A DNA stretch of 62,865 bases, counting the filler, from Bigelowiella natans CCMP2755 (taxonomy: Eukaryota; Protista; Cercozoa), in NCBI GenBank assembly GCA_000320545.1. It is 6 parts of 6 records of this genome, joined end to end, with 100 filler letters (N's around TTAATTAATTAA, not from the genome) between each part and the next. Parts side by side here need not be neighbours in the genome. Positions count along the whole stretch, not along the records: positions 25,092 to 29,117 come from ADNK01003594.1; positions 29,218 to 50,895 come from ADNK01000345.1; 4 more parts are not named here. The stretch is one strand, 5' to 3'. How positions within the stretch are numbered: the first letter of the stretch is position 1; each line of letters begins with the position of its first letter. Of the stretch, positions 24,992-38,252 are shown in pieces. The notes below the pieces were generated by a model. It was not told the DNA's origin. It made no database searches and saw nothing but the letters and a program-made list of their open reading frames with translations. The translations under genes were made by a program, and so were the position numbers.

Positions 24992-25091
24992 NNNNNNNNN
25001 NNNNNNNNNNNNNNNNNNNNNNNNNNNNNNNNNNNTTAATTAATTAANNNNNNNNNNNNNNNNNNNNNNNNNNNNNNNNNNNNNNNNNNNN
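24992..25091. other. Artificial contig spacer
   Basis: N-TTAATTAATTAA-N. Confidence 0.98.
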
Positions 25092-26518
25092 TCCTCAAAC
25101 AAGGGCGGTGTCGATTCGTGTGGATGTGCATTCTTCGTATGTGTTCATTGTGTCTCACTATCGTTATCTTTCAGAAGCCCCATCAGCGAAGAGGCAGAAG
25201 ATTTTGCGCGGGTTCGTGAAGAAATAGAGGACAACGCAGAAACATCGAGGTGTTTTCAATTTCCCACGACATCAACAGTCGCATGAACAACGTCCTATTG
25301 AAGAACTGACGACACGCTTTAGACTGGGATTGGAAGCACGCATCATGCACATGTACATGTCTAGATTTGCATGGCTAGATGGGGGGCGCTGCGCGGCGCA
25401 GTGCGATACGGTGTAATAGTTGTGAACGAACACGTTGTGTAAGACGGATGTAATCAATCAATTAAATTTGTTCAATAGCTAGATAGTCATCCTCATGTCG
25501 TAGCTGTGCAATGCTAGAATGCAGCGGCTATATATACATGCAGCGCTAATAATGTTGAATCTGTTAGTCTCTCAGCTATGATGAGTTTCATGCAATTGAA
25601 TGCATGCTGTTTATTCGGTCGATCTTGAACGTCGCGCAGCAGACGTGCGGCGAAATAGTTATGCGTGAATGGCATGCATGCGCACTTCATCGTGCATCAT
25701 TGGAAACTCTCATTTAGCCTTGGACATGCAGCCAAATGCGCGCGGTCTGCAGTGATGCTTTTGTCATGTGATGCAAGGCGCACAGTGCAAAGCTCTGCGT
25801 GTCGCATTCCTTCCATAGTCTTGCTAGTGCGTGCACTCACAATGTGTTGCGTAGACGTGTAGCTAGCGTAGCTCTCAGCATGATACGGAGGCTGTAGCTA
25901 GCTAGAGGGCAGACTACGTGCATGCTAGCATATGTACGTGCGCTGACCCCGATTTGCGAGTTTTGTTGCATCATTGCATCTAGGCATGTGCATGCTAGCG
26001 CATGCGCGATTTTGTAGACCTGTCTAGCTGTTTGATGGTTTGACGGCTTGATACGATGTGCGTAGCGTAGCATTGCTAGATTGCCCGATTGTGATTGCGT
26101 CATGCACTTGCACCAAAAAATATTAAAAAGAAAATAGAAATTGTAATTTGTAAAAGATGTAATGTAGAAATGACATTAATACAATCCACTCACCATGCAA
26201 TGCGAGCGGGCCAGCGGGCGCGCACACCGCAGACCCAGCATGGCCAAGCTAGCAAAATGCTAAGTGCGCGCATGTGGCACAAACTTCATATGATTGCAGC
26301 TAGTACAGCAAAGCAACATCTAGGCGCAGCATGCACGTACCTAGATGTGCACAGCAGTCTAGCAGTGTAATGATGAACAATATGGCATTGCTTCTCAGCA
26401 CATTCTCATTGTTGTCGCGTCGCTCCAGTGATTTATCCGGTTCTATTCTCCGCATTCACGCCGCTCTTTCCACCCCCTTTACATCGGATGCGCACTCTGC
26501 GTGTTTACGGGTTGCACT

Positions 26519-27290
26519 CCTAGTTTTTCCGAAGCTGCTTGATTTTCTTCATGACCTCTCTCTGTGTGAGCGATTGAAAACATGTGCGAGTATGTAATTT
26601 CAGAGTCAGACATAGCCGGGGGCTGCTTTGACGAAGTGTACCATACCTGCCTCTTAAATATTGAAGTTGTATTCCGTTTGAGCTTGCGACCGAACTCGAA
26701 ATTGGACTTCTCAGAATTCACCGTTTTCGCTTCGGATATGAGCTCCTTCACGTTGCACGTAATCTCTCCTGTTGGCACGGCAATAGATGCGAATGTTCGT
26801 GTGTGTATACATGTGCTGGGGTGCTGCGTGCGACAGTTGATGATTGCTTGATGCTGATTTCCGGCGAAAATATGTGGGTCAAAACCTGCTATGTTCTCCG
26901 GTTGGTTGACGAGTAAGGAGTCGATTTGGGAGAGAACTTGGTCCCTCTTTTGAGCCTTAATCAAAAAAATCACGCAGCTTCATAACTTTTGACCTCATGC
27001 TATGTGAATCAGATCTTTCATCATTTCCGCATTGAGCTGCCTTGATAACTTAAGCACGCGATGAAATAGCGTAGAAACCAAATACCATGATCCTCCTCCT
27101 CCTCCTCCTCATCATCATTGGTGTTACCCTGCATGTTTTACGTACCTGCCAACTGGCATGCCCTCTAGTGCTGTCTCGAGGGTTCTGATCTATTTTCTCA
27201 TTGAACTAAAGCCGGGGGAGGGGGGGGCACAATCGCGCAGCGTGCGCAATAAGAGTATATTGCAAGTATGAAACACACACGCACACTCAC

Positions 27291-27335
<45 letters not shown>

Positions 27336-27755
27336 CGCACACCATATTCATAATACAAAGAGTAGGCAATGGTAAGGAATATCGTCGCGGCGAGAAATAC
27401 CGAAGAGGAACTCTATGAAGTATATCACCGCAGCTTGTATTATGATGCGTGGCGGTGTACCTTGTAGATGAGGCCAACAGGTATAGAAAGACCCTGAATT
27501 GCCTGGAAACACGAACATACGCACGTAAACTGGGCTTGATATGTGCACGTGTTTGTTGGTAGCAAAACACACAACAGCGCTGATGGAATAGTGCAAGATC
27601 TTACGGAAAGATATGCGGTGAGCTCTACAAGGATGGTGAGCGTGATGACCTTCTTCAGGTTGCCGAGGTATTCGTACTCACTCTTTAGAGTCGTCTCGAT
27701 GCCTTTCGAGGATGTAATCATAAAGCATTTCATTATCACCATTGCGTACACAATT

Positions 27756-27797
<42 letters not shown>

Positions 27798-28037
27798 GCA
27801 CACGCGCACGCACACACCTCCATTCTCCTTCTTCGCCTCTGTGCAAGCTTTCTCGTCGCTTCGGTTCTCTCCTTTTGATATCGAGGAAGTTGTTTGAATT
27901 TCCTCACGCACACATCTCTTCCTTTCAAAGCGCTCGGTGCCATCCTCTCGCAAACGCCTACCAACGATAAAAGGGTGGAAGAATGTACCTGATGATGCCT
28001 CTGCTATCGGCGCTGTTTTCTTCTCGTCGCCAGGCAT
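26519..28037 (-). CDS. Multi-exon hypothetical protein, possibly with a membrane segment
   Basis: GT-AG-bounded exons from MPGDEKKTAPIAEASS through AIQGLSIPVGLIYK / SSSSVFLAATIFLTIAYSL to the 26479-26973 ORF. No family recognised and ends approximate. Confidence 0.4.
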
Positions 28038-28404
28038 TGTAGCATTTCCTAACGATTTCGCTACCTGGCATCACCAAGATTTCAAGACTTATTTCTGCAC
28101 CCTATTCCCCCCCCCCCTTCGTCTTCAATTGTCTTTGCACACGAGTAGAGTGCTTTGGGGGAGGAACTATGAACATAAGCAACATAGCCGAAGGAAAAAC
28201 GCGCGAGGAAGAAACGAGCGGTGTGCTTTACTTCATCCCCCCGCCCCGCACCCCTTCCTCTCATGCTCGGGCAGGACACTTGGCTGTGCATTTTTTGTTT
28301 TATGCGTTGAGAATATTACATCTAATGACACTCTTGCGAGATCCAAACCGCCTAGTAAGACGCCCGTGAGAGGAGAAAGATGCTTCATATTAGTCAATAA
28401 TACC

Positions 28405-28443
<39 letters not shown>

Positions 28444-28746
28444 CAGTTCTTTTGTTTTTCCATGGAATTTATGATGTTGCTTTCTCGCCACGCTCTCTGT
28501 CTATATGGAAATCGATAAACGAGCTCATTCTGAAATACAATGTTTTTGATGTGCTGCGGGGGCAACGAGACGACGTATTCTCTCATATTTTGCCTACCTT
28601 CTCCTTCGGTCTTTAGCTGGGGCGAAATCGGCTAAGAATTTCAGGATTAAGTAGAGGTTGCATGATACTGTATTATATATCATATCTACGCGCGCGCGCC
28701 TTTGTGTACTTGCGTATTTGTGTTGTGCGATGTTAGCGAGAGAGGC

Positions 28747-28791
<45 letters not shown>

Positions 28792-29068
28792 GTACTAGAA
28801 CCTGCTCGCTCGTCAAAAGAATAGGTGGCGACTGAAAGGAAATCTCAACTTAGATTGTATTTCGGGGGCATTATATCTATTCTAGTACGTCTGACACACA
28901 TAAACACATGACACACACACACACACACACACACACTCTCTCTCTCTCTCTCTCTCACCCACACACACATACGCACGTACACTCACACGTACATATAACA
29001 ACGACCACTTCCAAGCGCGTTTGTGTGTGTGTTGTTGTATGGTGACTTATCATGTGATGATTAATACT

Positions 29069-29117
<49 letters not shown>

Positions 29118-29217
29118 NNNNNNNNNNNNNNNNNNNNNNNNNNNNNNNNNNNNNNNNNNNNTTAATTAATTAANNNNNNNNNNNNNNNNNNNNNNNNNNN
29201 NNNNNNNNNNNNNNNNN
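29118..29217. other. Artificial contig spacer
   Basis: N-TTAATTAATTAA-N. Confidence 0.98.
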
Positions 29218-29272
29218 CGTATTATATATACACATATAAACTATTAATTAGTCTTCCTCTCTCTTTTAAAAG

Positions 29273-29359
<87 letters not shown>

Positions 29360-29380
29360 ATAGCGTACATATATACATAC

Positions 29381-30414
29381 CGTTGTTGCTCGAATGTTGC
29401 AACTTTGAGGACAAACCGATTTCCGTAAGGACATATAACACGAGCAATTCCAATATTTTCATCAACTGAGACCACCGAGAATTTAGTGTCTTTCAGCACT
29501 CCAGGATCTGGCAGGGGGGGGGGAGGGAGAAGAGGAAGAAGGATTCAAAGCCAGCAAATACAACAAACTAAAAGTGACTCCAAAATTGGCTATGAAATTG
29601 CGCATTTATATACCTCTTTTTACATTGGTTAGCCTCTTTGCAAGAGCCTTGAATTCTGCTCTTGAATACGCAATTGTTACCTCACCGCGCCATACCTGCA
29701 CACCCTATTTTCCCGTTGTCACCATGTAGAAAATCAAAGAAGAAGAAGAAGAAGAAGAAGAGGAAAGAGGAGGAAGATATTGTAGGCAGTAGTAGTAGTA
29801 GGGCAGCGAGCGTTAGAATCCACAATCTGCAACAGTAAAGCAGAGCTGGTGGCATAAACTAAAACTATTCATCATCATATATCATCATCATCATATATCA
29901 TCATCATCATATATCATCATCATATATCATCATCATATATCATCATTATCATCATATATCATCATCATCATCATCATCATCATCACCATTACTAATGCTA
30001 TCATTTTTAATAAGAAAAAATACAAACATTGGTTGGTTCTTCTATGTCCTTTTCTTGCCATATTGTTATTTATACACACAATTACAGTAATATTCATTCA
30101 TTCTTCGGAAAGAACATTACTGCTCGGCTCTATTATCATAACCTGATATTGAATAGCTTTCTCCGTTGCTGGACTTGCGGGTGTGAAATTGTGTCATTGC
30201 TCCACAGTTATGGTGGGGTGTCTGTGATGATTTAGATCACGATGATGAGAAAATCAGCAGATTCACTAAATTTGTTGTTGTTATTATCATTATCATTATC
30301 CTTATCATTATCATTATCCTTATCATTATAATTATCATATGTTGCGACTTGTGATGATTTAACGAATATCAGAAACGACGACGATGACGACAACCTTTAA
30401 CCGAATATTTATAT

Positions 30415-30451
<37 letters not shown>

Positions 30452-30643
30452 TCAGATCGATCGATATGCAGCAGCATGTGATAATAACTGCTTGACAACA
30501 TCAGCAACATCTAGAATCATCATAATAACCTTGCTTGGAGTTCTTCTAGGATCTCTTGTACATCCAAGAACGTCATCATAAAATGCATCACCAACCTAGA
30601 GTGTAAATACTATCTGTATTATCATCATCATAACCATCATCCT

Positions 30644-30674
<31 letters not shown>

Positions 30675-30880
30675 TGTGATCGATGCCTGAGTAATTCTCA
30701 ATATTTTTCACTATCAATATGCAAAAATTAGCACTGCTAGAAAACTAATACCGCAGTGTCCCAAAGATTCAAGTTTAGGTGCTCAAGCAGCAGCATACCA
30801 GGTCCTTGCTGAAAATAGTAGAGAGTGGTCAGTGTCAGTGGGATAATGGTAATGATGTGAACAAGTGCTGCTACTACCAT

Positions 30881-30915
<35 letters not shown>

Positions 30916-31440
30916 TTTCACACCTTGTCTAATGCCTTTTTGAGTTCTTCAGGTGGTGCGTCGCTCAGGAGAGGAGGGCTAGGTGATGATGGCGATGATT
31001 TGTGCTGAATCGTAGAAGTACACGACGCAGTAGCTTGGTTTGTAGTAGAAGCAGCAGCAGCAGCAGCAGCAGCAAATGGCGTCTTGCATTCACCAGGCCC
31101 CCCAGGCTTGTGGAATCTTCTTCTTCTTGCAGTCGCTACTTGCAGTCGGGTGAATAAAATTGCTGAAATTTTAGTTTTTGATTGTTACGTTTGATATCGT
31201 CGTCAGCTAACATTAGCAAACGTCATGCGAGGAGAATTTATATTTACCTCTACCACCTACTCTAAACGGTAAGGCTGCTGTTCTGCCCGCTTCCAATCTC
31301 AGCCTTGAGATAGGTTTCATGACTGTGCCGTAGAAGAGGGAGACAGCCAGAGGAAAAAGCGCACAGATAATACAAAAGGAGGATCTAGGGATAGAAGACA
31401 AGGACACTATGATGGTGGTTCGTCGTCGTCTACGTTCCAT
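29381..31440 (-). CDS. VOC/glyoxalase-like protein with signal+transit-like presequence; 3' truncated
   Basis: Exons read LLEHLNLNLWD / VGDAFYDDVLGCTRDPRR / HNCGAMTQFH / VWRGEVTIAYSRAEFKALAKRL / RVICPYGNRFVL. The first exon has a hydrophobic stretch followed by an R/S/A-rich segment. Confidence 0.7.
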
Positions 31441-31840
31441 TATCGTATAATAATGCAGTCGATTGATCTCGTCGGAGATGCAGATGACTTTCATCATCAT
31501 AATCCACACAAATCCTCACTCACATTTTCGGTAAATTGCTCTATTTAGGTTGTCGCTGCCCTGAATTATAAGGGTTTTTTTATTAGTACAAATACTTGTA
31601 GTCATGATTACATGCACACACCAACGCTGTTTTTATTTGAACGACAAAGAATTTAATTCATAAATCAATTTAATTAATTAATTAGTATAAATAAAATATC
31701 GGCAGTAGTAACAAATAGAGCGACTACACAAGCCAAAAATTGAATTTAGGTTTGAATCAACGGTGAAGAAGAAGAAGGCTCTGTGAAGGAGGAAGGGAAG
31801 AAGAAGAAGGAGGAGGAGGAGGAGGAGCACGACGACGACG

Positions 31841-32786
31841 ATGACGAGGGGGAGCTTGCAATTTCATACGATCCAATGGGTTTCTGCTTTTGTTGCTGCA
31901 TACTGCGTGATGAGCACAAAAGCTGTACAAATAAAGGATACTGCGAAAACAGCACCAATCCTAAACCTAAACTTTGCTTTCGATCGGGGTGCACCCGAAG
32001 ATGTTGCCCTCCCCAGGTGATGATGATGCAACCCGTATTGGTTACTCTTCTCCATCAATGACTATTCCTCTTCCACCCTCTTCTATGTTTGTATGTAGCT
32101 CAATAATACAGCTGAACAAAATCCCTTCCGAGTACAACGGGAACCCTTCACACTACAACGCGTTCCAGATGATGATGTATATCTCAATATCTCTCGAGAA
32201 TACGTAGTAGCTTGTTCATAGTGATAAGAGCCTGGGAAGGGGTAACGAATGAATGCGTTAAACGGGGGGAAATGCCAAAATTAAGGGTTTATTATTAATG
32301 TATTAGTTCTTTCGGGTGTCATATATGAATCTTTCTCCCCTCACATTTTCTTCTAACTAACGTATTGTATATTGTAGGGGTGATGAACCTGGTGTCTATG
32401 CCCGTCCGTTGGTTGATGTAGATCGGCCGAATTTGGCTCTGTCTGTAGCCTGTATCAGAAATCCTTCTAGCTTTCAATGTAGAGGTGAAAGGTAGTTGTT
32501 ACCATCGTCGCTGGTGCTGTTGTACGTACTAGTACCCAAATATCCGAAACACTGCATGATTTATACGCCGACGAAGACGTACAATGGTTTCCGCCTTTTG
32601 ATGATCAATTATCTCTACATCCATGTTCTTATTTCTCTCTTCATTACGTTGTTAAGTGGCCTCCTGACGGGTACATTCGACAGTTATCTTCAGAACCCGG
32701 TCACATTTTCAAGCGCAAACAATGCATAATGACAGAATCACAATATATATAGTAGTGGCATGCTGCTGCTTCTTATTATGATGCCA

Positions 32787-32830
<44 letters not shown>

Positions 32831-32910
32831 CTTCATCTTAGTACATAACTCCTATGGGGACAAATGGGGCTGGATACCCACTTCCCAAGGCATCGTCGTC
32901 CAAGAAATAA
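31841..32910 (+). CDS. Small hypothetical, probably secreted, protein made of very short exons
   Basis: Signal-peptide-like MTRGSLQFHTIQWVSAFVAAYCVMSTKA, then AG/GT-bounded micro-exons (EQNPFRVQREPF, GDEPGVYARP, WPPDGYIRQLSSEP), ending YITPMGTNGAGYPLPKASSSKK*. Confidence 0.4.
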
Positions 32911-32926
32911 TGAGGATCAGCAGCAG

Positions 32927-32961
<35 letters not shown>

Positions 32962-33150
32962 TGAGACTTGATGTAACAAACTTAGCTATACACTACAGTA
33001 GTAGCAAGTCACGCCATGGTGGTACCTATATTCACTAATCTAGTAGCATGGTGATTATAGAATGGGCTCGTCTGCAAGCACAGATCGACAATGCAGCTGC
33101 TGTTGCTACTGTTTTTTCTTGCTTCTGCCCTTCAAGTCTCTACCTGCGCG

Positions 33151-33186
<36 letters not shown>

Positions 33187-33197
33187 TCTCTCTCTAG

Positions 33198-33233
<36 letters not shown>

Positions 33234-34238
33234 TCACGGCTGTACCTGAGAACAACATTACATGCACACATATACACACACATACACGGTGATGCCATAT
33301 AAGTTATGGTTCTTATGAAGGTTACACCTTTCCCGATTAGCAAAACATGATTTTCGCGAGATGCATGTAGTTGGCAGAGCAGCCTACTCGCATTGATCGT
33401 TGTGAGTCAAGCTAGCCATGAACATTTGTGTGCAGCCTATGTTGATCGTATACACTGACGGACATGTGTAGCAAATGAATGTAACATCTGCATGTCTTCA
33501 GTGTGCGTACAGATGATCAACGCATTAGAATGACTTGGAGTTCATAGACGTGCATGAGAACAATAACAGCGATCAATGTGATCATTATGCAGTGCGCAGC
33601 ATTTGCGATCATGAACATATGCGAGAACAAGCAATTACACCTACATGATCTTTGCAGACAATATAGCGTGTTGCCGGGTTTGACAGCTTTCAGCATGCGA
33701 CAATATGCAACAAAAAAAGCATGCTGAATCACAAGATGAATGTGCATTTCGATGAGCGAGAGCTGCGCGTGTAGAACAAAATAAAATATGCGACAATGAA
33801 AGTACGACGAGGTATCAGATGAAATCACCAAATATATACATCAGGTGCCGTGCACCGAGTTGGAAGTTTTCTATGCTAACTTGTTCGCTGCATGTTGTGT
33901 CATAATCGCAAATGTACACATCGTACAATAAGAACGTTCTTCGCCCCTACTACATCGATCAGCTAATATTATCTGATGGAGATTAGTTGTACTCACATGC
34001 AGCTACGGACACAGTGTTCTATCTGCGTACACCTGTCATTATGTTCATCATCATCTTTATCATCACAGGTTCAAAGTAAACAATGCTTCCTGTTGACAGC
34101 TGCAATCGCATCATAGATTATCATAATTTTGACTGACATGACTATCGTTTTATTCAGTTGACATAGATCATCGACATGTACTGCTTTCCATAGAAGACAA
34201 CGATTCGTGTAACCACAAGACAACATACACACATGATA

Positions 34239-35174
34239 TCAAAGCCTTGCTCTAATTCCTATATCCCCTGATTCACGAACATCCTCAATACTACTCCGTT
34301 CATAAATATCATGAAATGATTCATGTTGTTGCTGCTGCTGACATTCGTCTCCTGCATTTTTCTTGCGAATCATATCAACAATACGAAGAAATTTATCTTT
34401 CCCGGATCCCTGAGGACCAGGTAGCAGTAGGTCTCTCTTGTTATGATGCACATCTCCGTTGTGGGAGGAAGGAGAGATGGTGTTCCATATGCAGTTGCCT
34501 TCTGGAAGAAGCATTCCAGTAGATATGAATGCCTCATCAAAACGCCTTTTATGGATGAATACAAAACCATGTTTTATTACTTTTAATAATATTATAGTAT
34601 ACTATCACGATTATTGGATATTATTGTTTCATCATCGCTGCAGCTTCCATGTGGAAGAAGACCGATGAAGAAGACTTATATCATAACCTTAGGCTGTTAC
34701 ATCATCTATCTATCTATCTATCTATTGTGAATTCCACTTGCTTCAGTTGATGAGGATACGTACGTACGTTTCACATTTAAACAATTACTACAACTACTAC
34801 TACTACTACTATTACTACTACTACTACTACTCACCGTTTAGTAGGGATAATATCTGCTGCGAAATATGATCCCGGTTTTTCCTTCTTCTTCTTCTCGTTC
34901 CAATTCTCTATCAACATCTCAGGAGGAGTAACATGATGACGATATTTAGTAGCCCCAATAGTACAATCAGCAGCAGTACTTGTAGCACGATCATCTTTCA
35001 TCGAGAGGAGTAGTTGTAGTAAATTGAAGAATGGCTTTAGTATATTTATGGGAATACTCATGTTCATCCTTGCATGAGCAATCGATGACGACAATGAAGA
35101 GGAGGGGGAGAGGATTTCATGCCCAGGCAATTCTTTACTCGGAAAATGAGCTATATTGCACGTGACCATTCCTG

Positions 35175-35210
<36 letters not shown>

Positions 35211-36215
35211 CCACCTGGTAACGTAACTAAGTGTACTTGCTCATTGATTCAGAGTTTCTTCATCATTATCATCATAATTATCACCATCACCATCACCATC
35301 ATCATCATCATCATCATTCTTACTAGCTGATATGTCTGCAACATAATTCCTCTTCTTAGTAGGACAACGAATATTTGGAAGAAAAGAAGAAGAAGAAGAA
35401 GAAGAAGAAGATACGGGCTGGGGCTGGTTGGGTTAATGCACATGATCATCATCATCATCATGATTATCATCAGCCGTCGTCGCAAACAGCACCTAAAAGC
35501 TGTCCTCTCTTAGATACAACGATACCGCCACTATTTCCCTGTCAAACAGCAGTAGATTGATTACTAGTACAATAGTAGTACAATAGTAGTATAGTAGTAG
35601 TAGTAGTAGTAGTATTCCATCATCATCATCATCATCATCATCTTCTTCTTTGGTTGAAGAAGTATGATCTCAACTTTTGGGAAAGAAGCGACAGCAAGTT
35701 GCAGGTACTAATTAGTTGTTGAACAGTAGTATCATGTCTATTATTATTATTGTTATTATTATTATCAAATATATACCTGATGAACAGCTGCGGTTGTCAT
35801 CAAAGCTGTGGTGATCAGGGGAGATTCAAACTGGTATCGTCGTCGCCGTTGTTGTCGTTGTTGTTGTTGTTGTTGCTGCTGCTTTTCACGAATAACTTTT
35901 GATATGACGCCCTTTGTGAACGTGGGTCTGATTGAGAGGGAATGATGATGATGATGATGATGATGGGGAGCAAGGGGGAATCAAGATCCACACTTCTTTC
36001 CTCTTGTTCTTTCTCTTGTCGTCATCTCATCTCCAACATCACATATAATAATAATAATAATAATAACAACAACAATAGTATGTACACACCGTAGACGAGC
36101 CTCCGGTGTGAAAATGGGATAGAGAGAGAGAGGAGAGTTGAAGAGAGTTTGGTTAAAAGGTAGAGAGAGAGAGAGAGAGAGAGAGAGGAAGAGTTGAAGA
36201 GAGTTTGGTTAAAAG

Positions 36216-36256
<41 letters not shown>

Positions 36257-36281
36257 GAGTTGAAGAGAGTTTGGTTAAAAG

Positions 36282-36324
<43 letters not shown>

Positions 36325-36349
36325 GAGTTGAAGAGAGTTTGGTTAAAAG

Positions 36350-36388
<39 letters not shown>

Positions 36389-36447
36389 AAATGTTGAAAA
36401 AGAAGAAGTGAGGCCAAATCAGAGTGATTCTCTATAGACAGCTGCTA

Positions 36448-36484
<37 letters not shown>

Positions 36485-37113
36485 CACAACAACTTGCTTT
36501 GTTGGTTGGTAGTATATGCTACAACTACTATATCACTATTACCCGATGACGTACACGTCTTCTCCTACTCTTATATCACCACCACCGTCGTCGTATCCTC
36601 TGACATTACTATTCTTGTTGTTCTCGTCAAACAATGGTGTTGTAAACCCTTGCTTGAGCAAGTAGGCTGCTTTCATCATCTTATTATCATTATTATTACT
36701 ATTATTATTGTTGTTGCTGTTTTTATTAGTTGGTGTTATGATCAGAGATCCATGCTTCACCGAGAATACTTTTTCTACTTCTTTATCTTCTCCTGAGAAT
36801 GCGTTTTTATTGCCACCACTGTTTATCAACTTATCGTCGTCTATTATCTTCACTATGGCTATATCCCACGGGTATGGAGAAGTGTATACAAGTGTCGCTT
36901 TGAGCCATAGAACAGAAGGCGGGAAGGGCACAGAAGAAGAAGAAAAAGAAGAAGAAGAAGAAGAGGAGGAGGAGTATTCCCAATCGCAGCTTAAAACTCG
37001 TATCTGTACGCTAGTATTTCTCTGCGCAAAGAAGGAAAAAGATTATATCATTTGGTGTTATATACTATTATTATCTACTACTGCTACTACTACTACTTCA
37101 ATTGGTGCTAGCT

Positions 37114-37148
<35 letters not shown>

Positions 37149-37314
37149 GCAGCGTGAAAAATAGAACTATTACTACTACTACTACTACTACTACTACTAC
37201 CATTACTATCATAGCTATGGTGATCGATGGCTACTACTACGATGATGACACACTGCAACAAGTAATTTTTAGCACACAACACACCATCATACTGTTGTAG
37301 CAGCACCATCAATA

Positions 37315-37347
<33 letters not shown>

Positions 37348-38003
37348 CTACACTATACAAGACCTTCAACATTGGTAATGTGTGTCTTTTTACTTCATCT
37401 TCATCCTCTCTACTATGATGATCTTGGTCATCTCTCTTCCTTGTTCTTGTCCTTGTATACTCCAGATAGCCGTCAAATACATGTTTATTGGTGAGAACGT
37501 AACCACCCTGCCTACTGGCCTAAGATGGTGATGAACATGATCATCACCCTTGCTGATGCTCTATTAAGATGTATGATTACTACTGTGTTGTTTATTTACT
37601 GTGTACTACTTGTACTAAATATTACTTCTTCTTCTTCTCCTTCTTGCTGCTGCTGCTGCTACTACTACTACTACTACTACTACTACCACAAAGCAAGTTC
37701 CATAATTAGCTCCGACGGTTATCAGCATCACCCCAGCCCCAACATCATCTAATTTGTAGTAGTAGTAGTTAAAATGATAATAGTAACAATAAAGATAATA
37801 GTGTGGTATTAGTAGGTAGCATGCTACTGTATACGTGATGACAACGAATAGAATCGATTGCTATCGTTAAAAATGATCATTCTGAATTATATTATGTGTT
37901 GGATGATAACGTCCTCTTTGGAGCATCCAGCGAGAAGGATAATGATGATGATGATGATGATGATAATGATGATGTATTCATAATGTTAGTAATATCAACG
38001 GTT

Positions 38004-38038
<35 letters not shown>

Positions 38039-38112
38039 TATATTATCAGCAGAGAGGGCCAGCTTACTTCTTAATGGAGGCGAGGAAGAACACGGATGGA
38101 AGATTCTTTTGA

Positions 38113-38144
<32 letters not shown>

Positions 38145-38220
38145 CGCATAGATGATTTGCTTATAGTTTTGTTGTAAATACTTTTATTAAGTATCTTGCT
38201 CGATAAAGCAGCTCTAGGGA

Positions 38221-38252
<32 letters not shown>

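Noticed and set aside
25155-25228. Possible last exon EAPSAKRQKILRGFVKK*
   Set aside because: Too short at the contig edge to support a gene call.
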